Under the pieces are notes generated by a model. The model had not been told where the DNA came from, did not search any database, and saw only the letters and a program-made list of their open reading frames with translations. A DNA stretch of 24,000 bases from Candidatus Thorarchaeota archaeon. Its GTDB lineage: Archaea > Asgardarchaeota > Heimdallarchaeia > Hodarchaeales > Hodarchaeaceae. Position 1 is the first letter of the stretch. Every line of letters starts with the position of its first letter. The DNA lies in contig JBHLRO010000018.1 of NCBI GenBank assembly GCA_048882505.1, positions 1-24,000 of the forward strand, given 5' to 3'. Both the position numbers and the translations under genes were made by a program. Of the stretch, positions 13,126 through 21,240 are shown one piece after another.

Positions 13126-13953
13126 ATGGTAAGTTCAGAATTAAACTTGCTGCTCTTATCTACCGTGATTCTCCTGCTGTCGATAGCTTCTTGGCAGGAC
13201 ATACAATCAAGGGAGGTAACGGATTGGATATGGTTTGGAATTGCGGGAACGGGTATAATACTACATGGTCTCAGTATCATAGAACTTGTGTTGGCTAGCC
13301 TGTCTCCGATACCTTACTCTCTAACCATAATTATCAATATTATTACTGGAACTCTAATCGCTCTATTCTTAAGTATTTTAGGTCTCGGAGGAGAGGCAGA
13401 CCGAATTTCTTTCATTGCAATTTCTACTATTTCCCCCGTTACCGATCCACTTTTTGGTAACATTGATGCAAGGTATGAAATCCTTATTGATATTCTTCCA
13501 AGGATCTTAGGTACCTTTTGCAATTCATATTTGGCAGCCATAACAGTTCCTGTAGTGATATTTGGATATAATCTTGTAAAAAATCGTTCTAATCCACATC
13601 TTTATTCACTTCCCGATGAATCTCAGAAGACCCGTTTAATTATCCGCTTTATTGGATATCCACGCAACACGAGCGGCCTCAAAAATGATCTAATGACAAA
13701 ACCGTGGCATTACGACTTGCTAGAAGAATATTCAGAAACACGGAAATGGCACGTTAATTTTCGATTTCAGCTGGATTCTCCTGAGGACGATCTGGCTCGA
13801 AAAAGGAAGATTATTGAAATAATAGAATCAACGGGGAAACAAGTGGTCTGGATTCAGCCCTCTCTTCCGTTCATCCTGTTTATAACCCTGGGTTTCTTAT
13901 TAGATCTGGTTTTTGGAAATGTTATTTTTCTAGGGATCAGTGTGTTGATATGA
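13126..13953 (+). CDS. A24-family GxGD aspartyl membrane protease (FlaK/PibD-like prepilin/prearchaellin peptidase)
   Basis: Three segments parallel Methanococcus FlaK as I remember it. ASWQDIQSREVTDWIWF matches ASVQDFRSREIEDYIW, the first catalytic Asp. LGLGGEADRISF matches GIGGGDGKML, the GxGD region. VVWIQPSLPFILFITLGFL matches EIWVTPQIPLIIPITL. The protein has multiple TM helices and a soluble insert. The track start is TTG 13117; ATG 13126 is preferred. Confidence 0.65.
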   Translation: MVSSELNLLLLSTVILLLSIASWQDIQSREVTDWIWFGIAGTGIILHGLSIIELVLASLSPIPYSLTIIINIITGTLIALFLSILGLGGEADRISFIAISTISPVTDPLFGNIDARYEILIDILPRILGTFCNSYLAAITVPVVIFGYNLVKNRSNPHLYSLPDESQKTRLIIRFIGYPRNTSGLKNDLMTKPWHYDLLEEYSETRKWHVNFRFQLDSPEDDLARKRKIIEIIESTGKQVVWIQPSLPFILFITLGFLLDLVFGNVIFLGISVLI

Positions 13954-14089
13954 TTGTGGTGGATACTTGCTTTTGAATTGGCTTAAGTTTTTAAGACTTT
14001 ACCTAATATTCGAATTAAGGCAAACTACTCACTGATTACAGTAGGTAAAATCTTCTAAATAAAAGAAACACATAGGAGACGCCTCCAAT

Positions 14090-14584
14090 TTGATCGACCC
14101 GAGACGATTTGATACGGTCTTAAGCAAAATCATTAAGAGTGAGCCTGGTATTAAAAAGGTCATACTTGTAGATCGGACAGGGCTAACAATTGCTCATGCC
14201 AGCAAGTATGATTATGCCTCAATAGATGTGGATGGGATCGGGGCCATTGCCTCAGCTGTGTTCATGGCCTCCGCAGAACAAGGCTCAAATTTAACCATCG
14301 GAGGATTAGGAATTGTAACCTCTGAATTTGATACAGGAAAAATCTTTGCGTCTTCATGTGGGAAAGGCATACTAACCCTGATTTCGGATGCGGAAGTCAA
14401 TATCGGGATGATTCGTCTTTTGATGCGGCAGGCCAATGATGAGCTTGCTAGTACCTTAGATGAGTTTTTAGCAGGAAAACCCACGAGAGTACCCTCTAGT
14501 GGGATGACAGCGGCCCCTGAGGTTCGTACTAGCTTGGAAAAGGATGAACTCGAAGCAGCTTTGAGAGAACTGGAGAAATTTTAG
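14090..14584 (+). CDS. mglB: Roadblock/LC7 domain protein (MglB-like)
   Basis: ...GIKKVILVDRTGLTIAHASK...IGAIASAVFMASAEQGSNLTIGGLGIVTSEFDTGKIFASSCGKGILTLISDAEVNIGMIRLLMRQA is the typical Roadblock alpha-beta-alpha pattern, followed by an acidic C-terminal tail. TTG start with GGAG upstream. It lies immediately upstream of the MglA-like GTPase. Confidence 0.8.
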   Translation: MIDPRRFDTVLSKIIKSEPGIKKVILVDRTGLTIAHASKYDYASIDVDGIGAIASAVFMASAEQGSNLTIGGLGIVTSEFDTGKIFASSCGKGILTLISDAEVNIGMIRLLMRQANDELASTLDEFLAGKPTRVPSSGMTAAPEVRTSLEKDELEAALRELEKF

Positions 14585-14612
14585 ATCATTCTGTGTAGTG
14601 GTCAGATGCCAC

Positions 14613-15197
14613 ATGGTTAGAAAGGATGCGGAAGGACGTCAGCGTTATAAAATAGTATTTTACGGCCCCTCGCTAGGTGGAAAAACTACCACCCTAAGAT
14701 GGTTGTACGATCAGGTAGATGGGCTCGATAAAGGAAAATTTACTCAATTAGCTGATCCTACGGGGAGAACCCTCTTCTTTGATTTTGCACCCATGCAGGC
14801 TACAACGGGCGTGGTTTTTGATGTATATACGACTGCCGGGCAGGATCGGCACAAAAGCCAGCGAAAAATAGTAATTCAAGGTGTAGATGGATTAATCTTT
14901 GTGGTCGATTCCTCCAAATCACAGCTCGAAGAAAATCTCGCCTCTATCAGTGAACTGCGTGCACATGTTGGAGATAAGCTCGGAAAAAGCATTCCAATGG
15001 TCATTACACTGAATAAAAGGGATGTGCCGGATGCATTACCTCGTTCTGAGTTGGTCGATATTCTTAAGCTTACGCAATTTCCGATATATGAAACAGTTGC
15101 CACGACAGGCATTGGAGTCAAGCGAGCTTTTCAATCATTGGCACGGGAAATTATAATGATCCAGCTCTACGGAACGAAAGATTCCCAGGTTACTTAA
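14613..15197 (+). CDS. mglA: MglA-family small GTPase
   Basis: Motifs seen: KIVFYGPSLGGKTTTLRWLY (G1), GRTLFFDFAP, VYTTAGQDR (G3), GVDGLIFVVDSS, TLNKRDVPDA (G4) and TVATTGIGV (G5). They are collinear with M. xanthus MglA (KIVYYGPGLCGKTTNL / DRTLFFDFLP / LYTVPGQ / GVDGVVFVADSQ / YNKRDLPNA / AVAPTGVGV). The track start is GTG 14598; ATG 14613 is preferred. Confidence 0.88.
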   Translation: MVRKDAEGRQRYKIVFYGPSLGGKTTTLRWLYDQVDGLDKGKFTQLADPTGRTLFFDFAPMQATTGVVFDVYTTAGQDRHKSQRKIVIQGVDGLIFVVDSSKSQLEENLASISELRAHVGDKLGKSIPMVITLNKRDVPDALPRSELVDILKLTQFPIYETVATTGIGVKRAFQSLAREIIMIQLYGTKDSQVT

Positions 15198-15203
15198 GGT
15201 AGA

Positions 15204-15467
15204 TTAGAGAATTCTTTCCAAAATTACTGTCCATCCCCTGGCCTCAACGATCCGAATATGCTGAGGTAAAGAATCTCGAAGTGCAGTCAGGGCTTCCTCC
15301 TTCGATGAAAAGGGAGCGGATTTACCTACTCGAATTTTCACCACCTTGTGCCGCTTAAGTTGCATTTCCAATTCTGTAAATACATCAATAGAAAATCCGT
15401 TCTTACCTATTTGTAGGATGGCGGGATCCTTTCGTACTTGAACCAGATCATCTTTCTTGCTGGGCAT
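15204..15467 (-). CDS. CRS1/YhbY (CRM) domain RNA-binding protein
   Basis: PAILQIGKNGFSIDVFTELEMQLKRHKVVKIRV...EALTAL...VEARGWTVILER matches the YhbY pattern (IGK-G ... L..HELVKVK). It is 87 aa long. Confidence 0.7.
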   Translation of the reverse strand: MPSKKDDLVQVRKDPAILQIGKNGFSIDVFTELEMQLKRHKVVKIRVGKSAPFSSKEEALTALRDSLPQHIRIVEARGWTVILERIL

Positions 15468-15870
15468 TCTTAACGGACTCCAATCAAGGATGATTTGAAT
15501 TTAGCTTTACGTATGAGAAAATACCATCTAAAGTAAGAGTTTTTCCCTAGAATAGATCACATAATGGTTCCGAGACGATTTCAGATGAATAAACCCATTG
15601 TCAGGACTATGATCTAAGAGTAATCTGATGTTATTCAAATGATAGGATGCTATTTAATTTTCTGTTCCATTATTGAACTGGAATCAAGGCACTTCTTAAT
15701 TTCAAGAATTAGTTGAGAAATATATTTATATATCAGAGACATCGATACGACATGGTTATGCCACCAAATTCCGTTCAACTTTGCTCATTCTGAAAAGAAA
15801 GCAGAATTTCAGGTGATTATAAACATAAAGCTTTTGTAAAGAGAATAAAAATCAATAGGGGCAACAAATT

Positions 15871-16275
15871 GTGTACATACCCGATGCCGAGGCCGATCAA
15901 GCGGTTCATAAGGAAATCAATGAAGTTCTAGAGGCTTTTGTGAGTAAACTCCCGGCAATAGACTTTGCCAGTGTTGTGTCCCTAGAGGGGTTGCCCATTT
16001 CGTCATTCCCACCCACATTACCCAATAATCTAGATGATGTCCGAGTAGCAGCAATGACAGCAGCAATCCTTAGCTTAGGAGAACGCGCAGTCATGGAAAC
16101 AAATAAGGGGGAAATGTCAAAAATTTATGTCGAGGGGGAGAACGGGTACTTGATTTCGGTTCAAAGCGGTAGTAAAGCAGTATTAACCGCATCTGCGAAT
16201 AAATCTGTTAAATTGGGTCTAATCTTTTTAGATATGAAACAAGCCGCGAAAAAGATCGGGGAGATTTTGGGTTAG
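15871..16275 (+). CDS. Roadblock/LC7 domain protein (second copy)
   Basis: INEVLEAFVSKLPAIDFASVVSLEGLPISS...VRVAAMTAAILSLGERAVMETNKGEMSKIYVEGENGYLISVQSGSKAVLTASANKSVKLGLIFLDMKQAAKKI is a canonical Roadblock pattern. GTG start, preceded by a ~400-nt spacer. Confidence 0.8.
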   Translation: MYIPDAEADQAVHKEINEVLEAFVSKLPAIDFASVVSLEGLPISSFPPTLPNNLDDVRVAAMTAAILSLGERAVMETNKGEMSKIYVEGENGYLISVQSGSKAVLTASANKSVKLGLIFLDMKQAAKKIGEILG

Positions 16276-16366
16276 CGTAATAAGACTAAAATTAGGTCGA
16301 CACGAGGAATTGGGAGGATTTAATCCCTCTAATGCGATACCCCGAGTAAAAGAACGAATATCAAGC

Positions 16367-17623
16367 CTAAATGAGACGATCCTTCATGGCTCGGGCTCGA
16401 TGAAGGTAATATTCTTTTAGATGGTAGTTCCGTGCCTTTTCTGCAGCCTTTTCATAATAAAGGAAACTTGCCTCAAAATTCTGGAGATTGGCTTCAAGCT
16501 GGGCATATATTCCATAAATCTCCATTATTCCGCTTTCACTTGCCAGTTGCTCGAACAAATGCAAGCCTTCATCTAGGTAAAAGCGAGCTTGGGTCTCGCT
16601 AGAGGAATTTTGAACGACTTGCTGCGTAAGAACTTTTCCAAGGTTAGCTTGGGAAATAGCGAGGAATTTCTTATCGTTACGTTCTTCAGCGAGACGACGA
16701 GCTTTATCAAAGTTTTCGCTGGCCTCATTAAACCGATCAACTCGAAAGTAACACTCTCCAATGTTACAATATGCGTTTACAACGGCAGAATGGATGTTTG
16801 CTCGTTTTGCACGTTCTAGTGCTTGCTCGAATTTTGCTATCGATTGCTCATAGAGCTTGTCTTCATATAGAAGGATTCCTTCGACTGTAAGGATGTTTTC
16901 CTCCAGCATTGGATCCCCTAATTGATTTGCTAATGCCCAAAGAGTTTCAAGCCGTCCACGAGCGTAATCTGTATTTTGAGTGTCAAGGGCAAGCTCTGTC
17001 AGCGCATATAACGCGTGAAATTGTCCGTTAGTATCGTTCAGAACATTAAATACTTGGTATGCTGTTTCAAAGTTCTCCATTGCTTTTTTTGGATTGGAAT
17101 AGACGATATTGCGTCCCTGTTCAATCAATGCCCACGGCTGGGCACCCACAATTTCGCTCAATTGCTTCCATTCAGCTTTGGATTTCGCCGAAATAACAAT
17201 TTTGGTCTTCCAGAGATCGGGTTTTTCAAATAATTCATCTACGAGTTGAAGAAGTAGATTACTATCTCCGCCAGCTTTTTCTGTTAAACTGGGAGGTCCT
17301 ACGCCACGTAATTTCAGATCTCCTTCTGTGAATTCAAACAAAATTCCTAGAGGTACCCCCCCCTTCCATTTTCGGGACACACACATGAAAAAATTTTTTA
17401 TGGGAATATTTAGGCTTTTTTCTCCATCAAATCTCTCAATCGCAGCCAAACCTTTCGTCCATGAATAATCGGTTCCAAAAAATTTAGCCATATATTCTCC
17501 TTTGAATTCGGGCTGCCAGTCAACCAATGTAGCTACATCGGTCAATTCAATTTTCTCTTGTCCATTTAAGGCGAAAATGACGATCCATCTTTCAACCATT
17601 CGACAATTCAACCCGTTATTCAT
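16367..17623 (-). CDS. TPR-repeat protein with a ~170-aa non-TPR N-terminal domain
   Basis: The C-terminal ~240 aa shows repeated 34-aa A/Y/L patterns, for example AMENFETAYQVFNVLND, YEQSIAKFEQALERAKR, NAYCNIGECYFRVDRFNEASENFDKARRLAE and LEANLQNFEASFLYYEKAAEKAR. I recognise no motif in the N-terminal domain. The start is ATG 17623 or ATG 17599. Confidence 0.75.
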   Translation of the reverse strand: MNNGLNCRMVERWIVIFALNGQEKIELTDVATLVDWQPEFKGEYMAKFFGTDYSWTKGLAAIERFDGEKSLNIPIKNFFMCVSRKWKGGVPLGILFEFTEGDLKLRGVGPPSLTEKAGGDSNLLLQLVDELFEKPDLWKTKIVISAKSKAEWKQLSEIVGAQPWALIEQGRNIVYSNPKKAMENFETAYQVFNVLNDTNGQFHALYALTELALDTQNTDYARGRLETLWALANQLGDPMLEENILTVEGILLYEDKLYEQSIAKFEQALERAKRANIHSAVVNAYCNIGECYFRVDRFNEASENFDKARRLAEERNDKKFLAISQANLGKVLTQQVVQNSSSETQARFYLDEGLHLFEQLASESGIMEIYGIYAQLEANLQNFEASFLYYEKAAEKARNYHLKEYYLHRARAMKDRLI

Positions 17624-17692
17624 TTTAGTGAGACACTAATGGCGAATACCTACAATTTTTGGAGTAACTATCAAGTGCATAAGGTTCAACTG

Positions 17693-19309
17693 CTAGGTTA
17701 TTTGAAAAGTTTTCTGAAAGGCCCTTATCTGATTGACAAGTTCAGATCTAGTAATGCGAGTCTGTTCCATTGAATCCCTCATTCGCACCGTAGTACTAGT
17801 ATCTTCTAAAGTTTCATAGTCTACGGTGACACAGAAAGGGGTACCAATCTCATCATGCCGACGATATCGCTTACCGATGGATCCACTGTCGTCATAGCTT
17901 ACAACAAAGCCATGGGAACGCAGGTACCGAAAAATTTCCGTGGCCTCTTCTTCGATGCCGTCTTTTTTCATTAAGGGAAACACAGCTACGTCATAAGGAG
18001 CTACCCGAGGATGAATTTTTAGTACCACCCGTTTTCTACCCTTTACTATCTCCTCGGTATAACTATCTGCAAGAATAGTAAGAAGGATCCGTCCTAATCC
18101 CACAGAGGGTTCAGCTACTACATAAGGAACGTAACGTTTTACGCCCTTCTCTGTTGTTTCCGTAAAGTGCAATTTTGCATTTGAATGAGTTTGATGTTGT
18201 TCAAGATCGTATTGTGTTCGATTTGCACACCCCATCAGCTCTTTCCAGCCAAATGGGTACTTATACTCAATATCCCAGGTGTCCAACGCGTAGTGACTCA
18301 ATTCCGTTTTCAAATGCTGTCGAAATCGGAGATTTTCCTTTCGGATTCCAAGGTTCTGTGAAAACCAAATAAAGAATATGGTCATCCAATAGGCTTGCCA
18401 CTTGTTAAGGAAGATCTCTTTTTCCCATGCTTCTCCTACTGTCATTATACGGTAATGGTTCTCAAAATTTTGACTCTGTTCAGATCGAGAATAAATATGG
18501 ACCGGAGTTTCTGCGATCGAATCGAACTTGGGACAATCATTGATTTTATCGGGATCAGTAAAGTACTCAAATTCCATTAATTCAAATTCACGAACTCGGA
18601 ACAAGAAATTTCGTGGGGATATTTCATTTCTAAAGGCCGGTCCAGACTGAGCGATTCCAAAGGGCATTTTAACGCGCGTGGAGTCAATAACATTCCGAAA
18701 ACCAGAGAAAATAAGTTGGGCATTTTCAGGTCGTAGATACGCGACCGAAGATGAATCTTGGACTGGGCCGATCTGTGTTTTAAACATCAAATTAAATTTA
18801 ATCGGGTCTCCTAGGTCCCCTCCGCAATCCGGGCATTTTAAAGCATTTTCTGTGACAAGATTACCCATTTCTTCCAAGGTTAGATTCTCTGTTCGTATTT
18901 CTAATTGATCCTCTAGCAGATGGTCGAGACGGTGTCTTTTTTTACAGTTACCAGTGCAAAATATTAACGGGTCGTTGAAACTAGAGACGTGTCCAGAGGC
19001 TTCCCAAATCTTGGGGTGTGTTATAATTGCCCCCTCATACCCTACTACGTCATCACGATTACGAACAAAATCCATCCACCAAGCTTCTTTGATGCGGTTC
19101 TTTATTTCGATTCCAATTGGTCCATAATCCCAAAATCCGGCTAAACCCCCATAAATGCTTCCAGTCATAAAGGCGATGCCTGTTTTATTAGCAAACGCCA
19201 TGATTTTCACAAGGAACTTTCTTAACTCGTCTTTGTCGACACTCACGTTCATCGCCCAAGTCTCATAATCCATTTCACATCTATAAGGTGAAAGGATAGG
19301 TTGTGGCAC
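17693..19309 (-). CDS. glyS: Glycyl-tRNA synthetase (class II, archaeal/eukaryal alpha2 type)
   Basis: Motifs seen: SIYGGLAGFWDYGPIGIEIKNRIKEAWW, the class II motif-2 region FRNEISPRNFLFRVREFELMEFEYF, GRILLTILADSY, and the C-terminal anticodon-binding domain (VAPYDVAVFPL...YDDSGSIGKRYRRHDEIGTPFCVTVD). The track start is GTG 19309. In-frame ATGs at 19273 and 19255 are alternatives. Confidence 0.95.
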   Translation of the reverse strand: MPQPILSPYRCEMDYETWAMNVSVDKDELRKFLVKIMAFANKTGIAFMTGSIYGGLAGFWDYGPIGIEIKNRIKEAWWMDFVRNRDDVVGYEGAIITHPKIWEASGHVSSFNDPLIFCTGNCKKRHRLDHLLEDQLEIRTENLTLEEMGNLVTENALKCPDCGGDLGDPIKFNLMFKTQIGPVQDSSSVAYLRPENAQLIFSGFRNVIDSTRVKMPFGIAQSGPAFRNEISPRNFLFRVREFELMEFEYFTDPDKINDCPKFDSIAETPVHIYSRSEQSQNFENHYRIMTVGEAWEKEIFLNKWQAYWMTIFFIWFSQNLGIRKENLRFRQHLKTELSHYALDTWDIEYKYPFGWKELMGCANRTQYDLEQHQTHSNAKLHFTETTEKGVKRYVPYVVAEPSVGLGRILLTILADSYTEEIVKGRKRVVLKIHPRVAPYDVAVFPLMKKDGIEEEATEIFRYLRSHGFVVSYDDSGSIGKRYRRHDEIGTPFCVTVDYETLEDTSTTVRMRDSMEQTRITRSELVNQIRAFQKTFQIT

Positions 19310-19374
19310 TTTGGTTAGTCAATAGGGAGGAAATTTCTCTCTTCCGACATCGACTTGCCTTTTTTCAAGAATTA

Positions 19375-20181
19375 TTAAAAGCTACTCCGTGGATTAGCAG
19401 GTTCCCAGTAAGGAAATACTCCAGAGGTGAACTCTCTCATGAGGACTTTTGCTGCTTCTGATAAATTGAGATGTCCACCTTTCAGGAATAGTCCGCGGTT
19501 ATGGGCAATTTGAGAGAGAATAGTCTCATTATCAACATCTAAAGAGGTCAATTCGTATCTAGCCTTTAAGCCTTTAGCGTTGTACCGTTTTATCCTATCT
19601 AGAAAAAATTCTACTGTTGAAATGGGATCAGTCAGTTTTTCTATTGGCAAAGCGCCGAGAAAAGCTTGGATGCTTTCATTCTGATGATCCAAAGGGACCA
19701 CTCCAGGGGAATCAAAGGCCAATGCACGTTTAGAGATTCGAACCAGTTGCTCACTTCTGGTAATTCCTGGCTTTTGGCCAGTTGGGGACACATGTTTCCC
19801 ACGTAGGACATTTAACAGACTACTTTTTCCCGTATTCGGTATCCCTACAATGCTAATAGTTATTTCCTTCTGCGGAGATATCCTTGCGATTTGGGATCGT
19901 AATTTTTTTGTTCCTTGTCTTGCTTGGGCAGAAATATACACTGTTGGATAGCTACGACTTAGAATATGCTTGTTATGTTCACAAACTCGCTGAGGAACCA
20001 AATCACATTTGTTCAACACAATAATTAATGGGATTTGGGACTTGCGCGCAAAGTTTTCTATTGCAGATACCCGAGTGAGGGCTGGAAGACGCCCATCTAT
20101 CACTTCAAGGCACAGATCTGATCTGGAGATGAGATCGAATACCATTCTATGTTCCCGCCGACGCCGCAAGGTAAAACTCAA
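19375..20181 (-). CDS. Circularly permuted GTPase of the YlqF/YawG (RbgA/Nug1/Lsg1-like) ribosome-biogenesis family
   Basis: The G motifs appear in permuted order. VLNKCDLV (G4) precedes IVGIPNTGKSSLLNVL (G1) and FDSPGV (G3), and an upstream DLCLEVIDGRLP is present. The start is TTG 20181 or ATG 20145. Confidence 0.85.
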   Translation of the reverse strand: MSFTLRRRREHRMVFDLISRSDLCLEVIDGRLPALTRVSAIENFARKSQIPLIIVLNKCDLVPQRVCEHNKHILSRSYPTVYISAQARQGTKKLRSQIARISPQKEITISIVGIPNTGKSSLLNVLRGKHVSPTGQKPGITRSEQLVRISKRALAFDSPGVVPLDHQNESIQAFLGALPIEKLTDPISTVEFFLDRIKRYNAKGLKARYELTSLDVDNETILSQIAHNRGLFLKGGHLNLSEAAKVLMREFTSGVFPYWEPANPRSSF

Positions 20182-20426
20182 AATCAGACCTCAGGCTGCA
20201 TTTTAAGCCAAGAGTTTTAACTTGATTCGCAATTATCTCAAAGTCATTCCTTCAAAGTTAAAAAAATTCCTACTGCTCTCCAAAAAGGGGGATCTTATCA
20301 TCAATAGCATTAAAAACTTAGGCGATGGGGCCATTACATGAATGTATTGTTTCAATAGCTACTGAATTGGTCCGTTGGGGTCAATTTTTCAATCGTTTAA
20401 CCGGATTTTTAGGATTGAACAAAATA

Positions 20427-20843
20427 ATGGCATCTGAGGAAGCATATCTAAAGGCACTCAAACGCGCTCGAGACAATTTGCCAGCACATGTCTTTGAAAG
20501 AACTCGGTTTCAAATCCCTGAAGCGGATGTTTTCCGAGAGGGCAATAAAACCTGGATCACAGATTGGCGTAATGTGCTTAAAATAATAAATCGAGAGGAA
20601 ACAGCGGATCATTTGGCAAAACATCTAGCCCGCGAATTCGCAACCAGTACAACCGAAGAACGGGGACGGCTAGCATTGCAGGGAAAGTTCTCTCGAAAAA
20701 TGATCAACAAAGAACTGGCTACCTATGTCAAAGAATATGTAATTTGTCCTGAATGTGGGAAACCTGATACCAGGCTAATTCGAGAAGGGAGAATCCTGCA
20801 AAAACAGTGCGAGGCGTGTGGTGCCCGCAGTGCAGTCAAATGA
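20427..20843 (+). CDS. eif2b: Translation initiation factor aIF2 beta subunit
   Basis: YLKALKRARDNLP...RFQIPEADVFREGNKT...LAKHLAREFATSTTEE..RLALQGKFSRKMINKELATYVKEYVICPECGKPDTRLIREGRILQKQCEACGA is the eIF2beta/eIF5 core with a C4 zinc ribbon. ATG 20427 gives the usual ~138 aa. The track's ATG 20325 would add 34 aa with no homology pattern. Confidence 0.9.
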   Translation: MASEEAYLKALKRARDNLPAHVFERTRFQIPEADVFREGNKTWITDWRNVLKIINREETADHLAKHLAREFATSTTEERGRLALQGKFSRKMINKELATYVKEYVICPECGKPDTRLIREGRILQKQCEACGARSAVK

Positions 20844-21198
20844 AGAATCCCTAGAGGGTTCTAACGAGGATTCTGGCCCAACACGTATCGTGTTCAAGAT
20901 CCATAGACGAAATCGATCAGAAATCCTCGCTGTTTGTGATTTTTCCCTGTTAGGACAGACCATTTCAAATGACAGGGCGCGCGTAAAGATTTCGGAACAG
21001 TTCTATCTTGGTCAGGAGATTTCAGCGGATGATGCACTAGCCTTGTTTCGAAATTACGGCAATATTAATGCTTTTGGTTCAGTTTTAGAGCTTGCCATTC
21101 AGAAGCAGCTGATTAGAGAGGAGGCTTGTGTTTGGTTCAAAACATCGGATGGTAAAAGGATTCCTCACCTTTTAATCTTCTCTATTCCTCCAATTTGA
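20818..21198 (+). CDS. DUF424-like small protein (commonly adjacent to aIF2 beta in archaea)
   Basis: RIVFKIHRRNRSEILAVCDFSLLGQTI...VKISEQFYLGQEIS..DALALF...NINAFGSVLELAIQKQLI......IPHLLIF follows the DUF424 pattern (vKvh...vlAvCD.eLlGk...FY.G). The start is uncertain: GTG at 20818, 20821, 20830 or 20890. The first of these overlaps the aIF2beta 3' end. Confidence 0.55.
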   Translation: MVPAVQSNEESLEGSNEDSGPTRIVFKIHRRNRSEILAVCDFSLLGQTISNDRARVKISEQFYLGQEISADDALALFRNYGNINAFGSVLELAIQKQLIREEACVWFKTSDGKRIPHLLIFSIPPI

Positions 21199-21240
21199 AA
21201 GTTTAACGTTAGGCAATTGCTAGATTGAAGGGGTTCACTC

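Noticed and set aside
13086-13298. A strong AGGAGG box 6 nt upstream of ATG 13098 opens a 66-aa ORF. This frame differs from the peptidase frame.
   Set aside because: The FlaK-like homology (SWQDIQSREV...) is in the other frame from at least 13126 onward, and the 66-aa product has no motif. This is possibly a coincidental SD-like sequence. A frameshift or sequencing error near 13100-13126 cannot be excluded but is not needed.
15583-15628. A C/D-box sRNA-like arrangement: AGATGAA, 12 nt, CAGG, ATGATCT, CTGA.
   Set aside because: The C, D' and C' boxes all deviate from the RUGAUGA/CUGA consensus. The element would be only 46 nt long, the second guide is too short, and there is no terminal stem.
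16312-16329. An imperfect inverted repeat, GGGAGGATT/TAATCCCTC, between the convergent Roadblock and TPR genes, considered as a bidirectional terminator.
   Set aside because: The stem is short and mismatched, and it is not followed by the oligo-T tracts typical of archaeal termination. That is insufficient evidence.
20325-20426. A 34-aa N-terminal extension of aIF2 beta, implied by the ORF-track start at ATG 20325.
   Set aside because: The extension (MGPLHECIVSIATELVRWGQFFNRL...) has no counterpart in aIF2beta. ATG 20427 gives the standard length and N-terminus.
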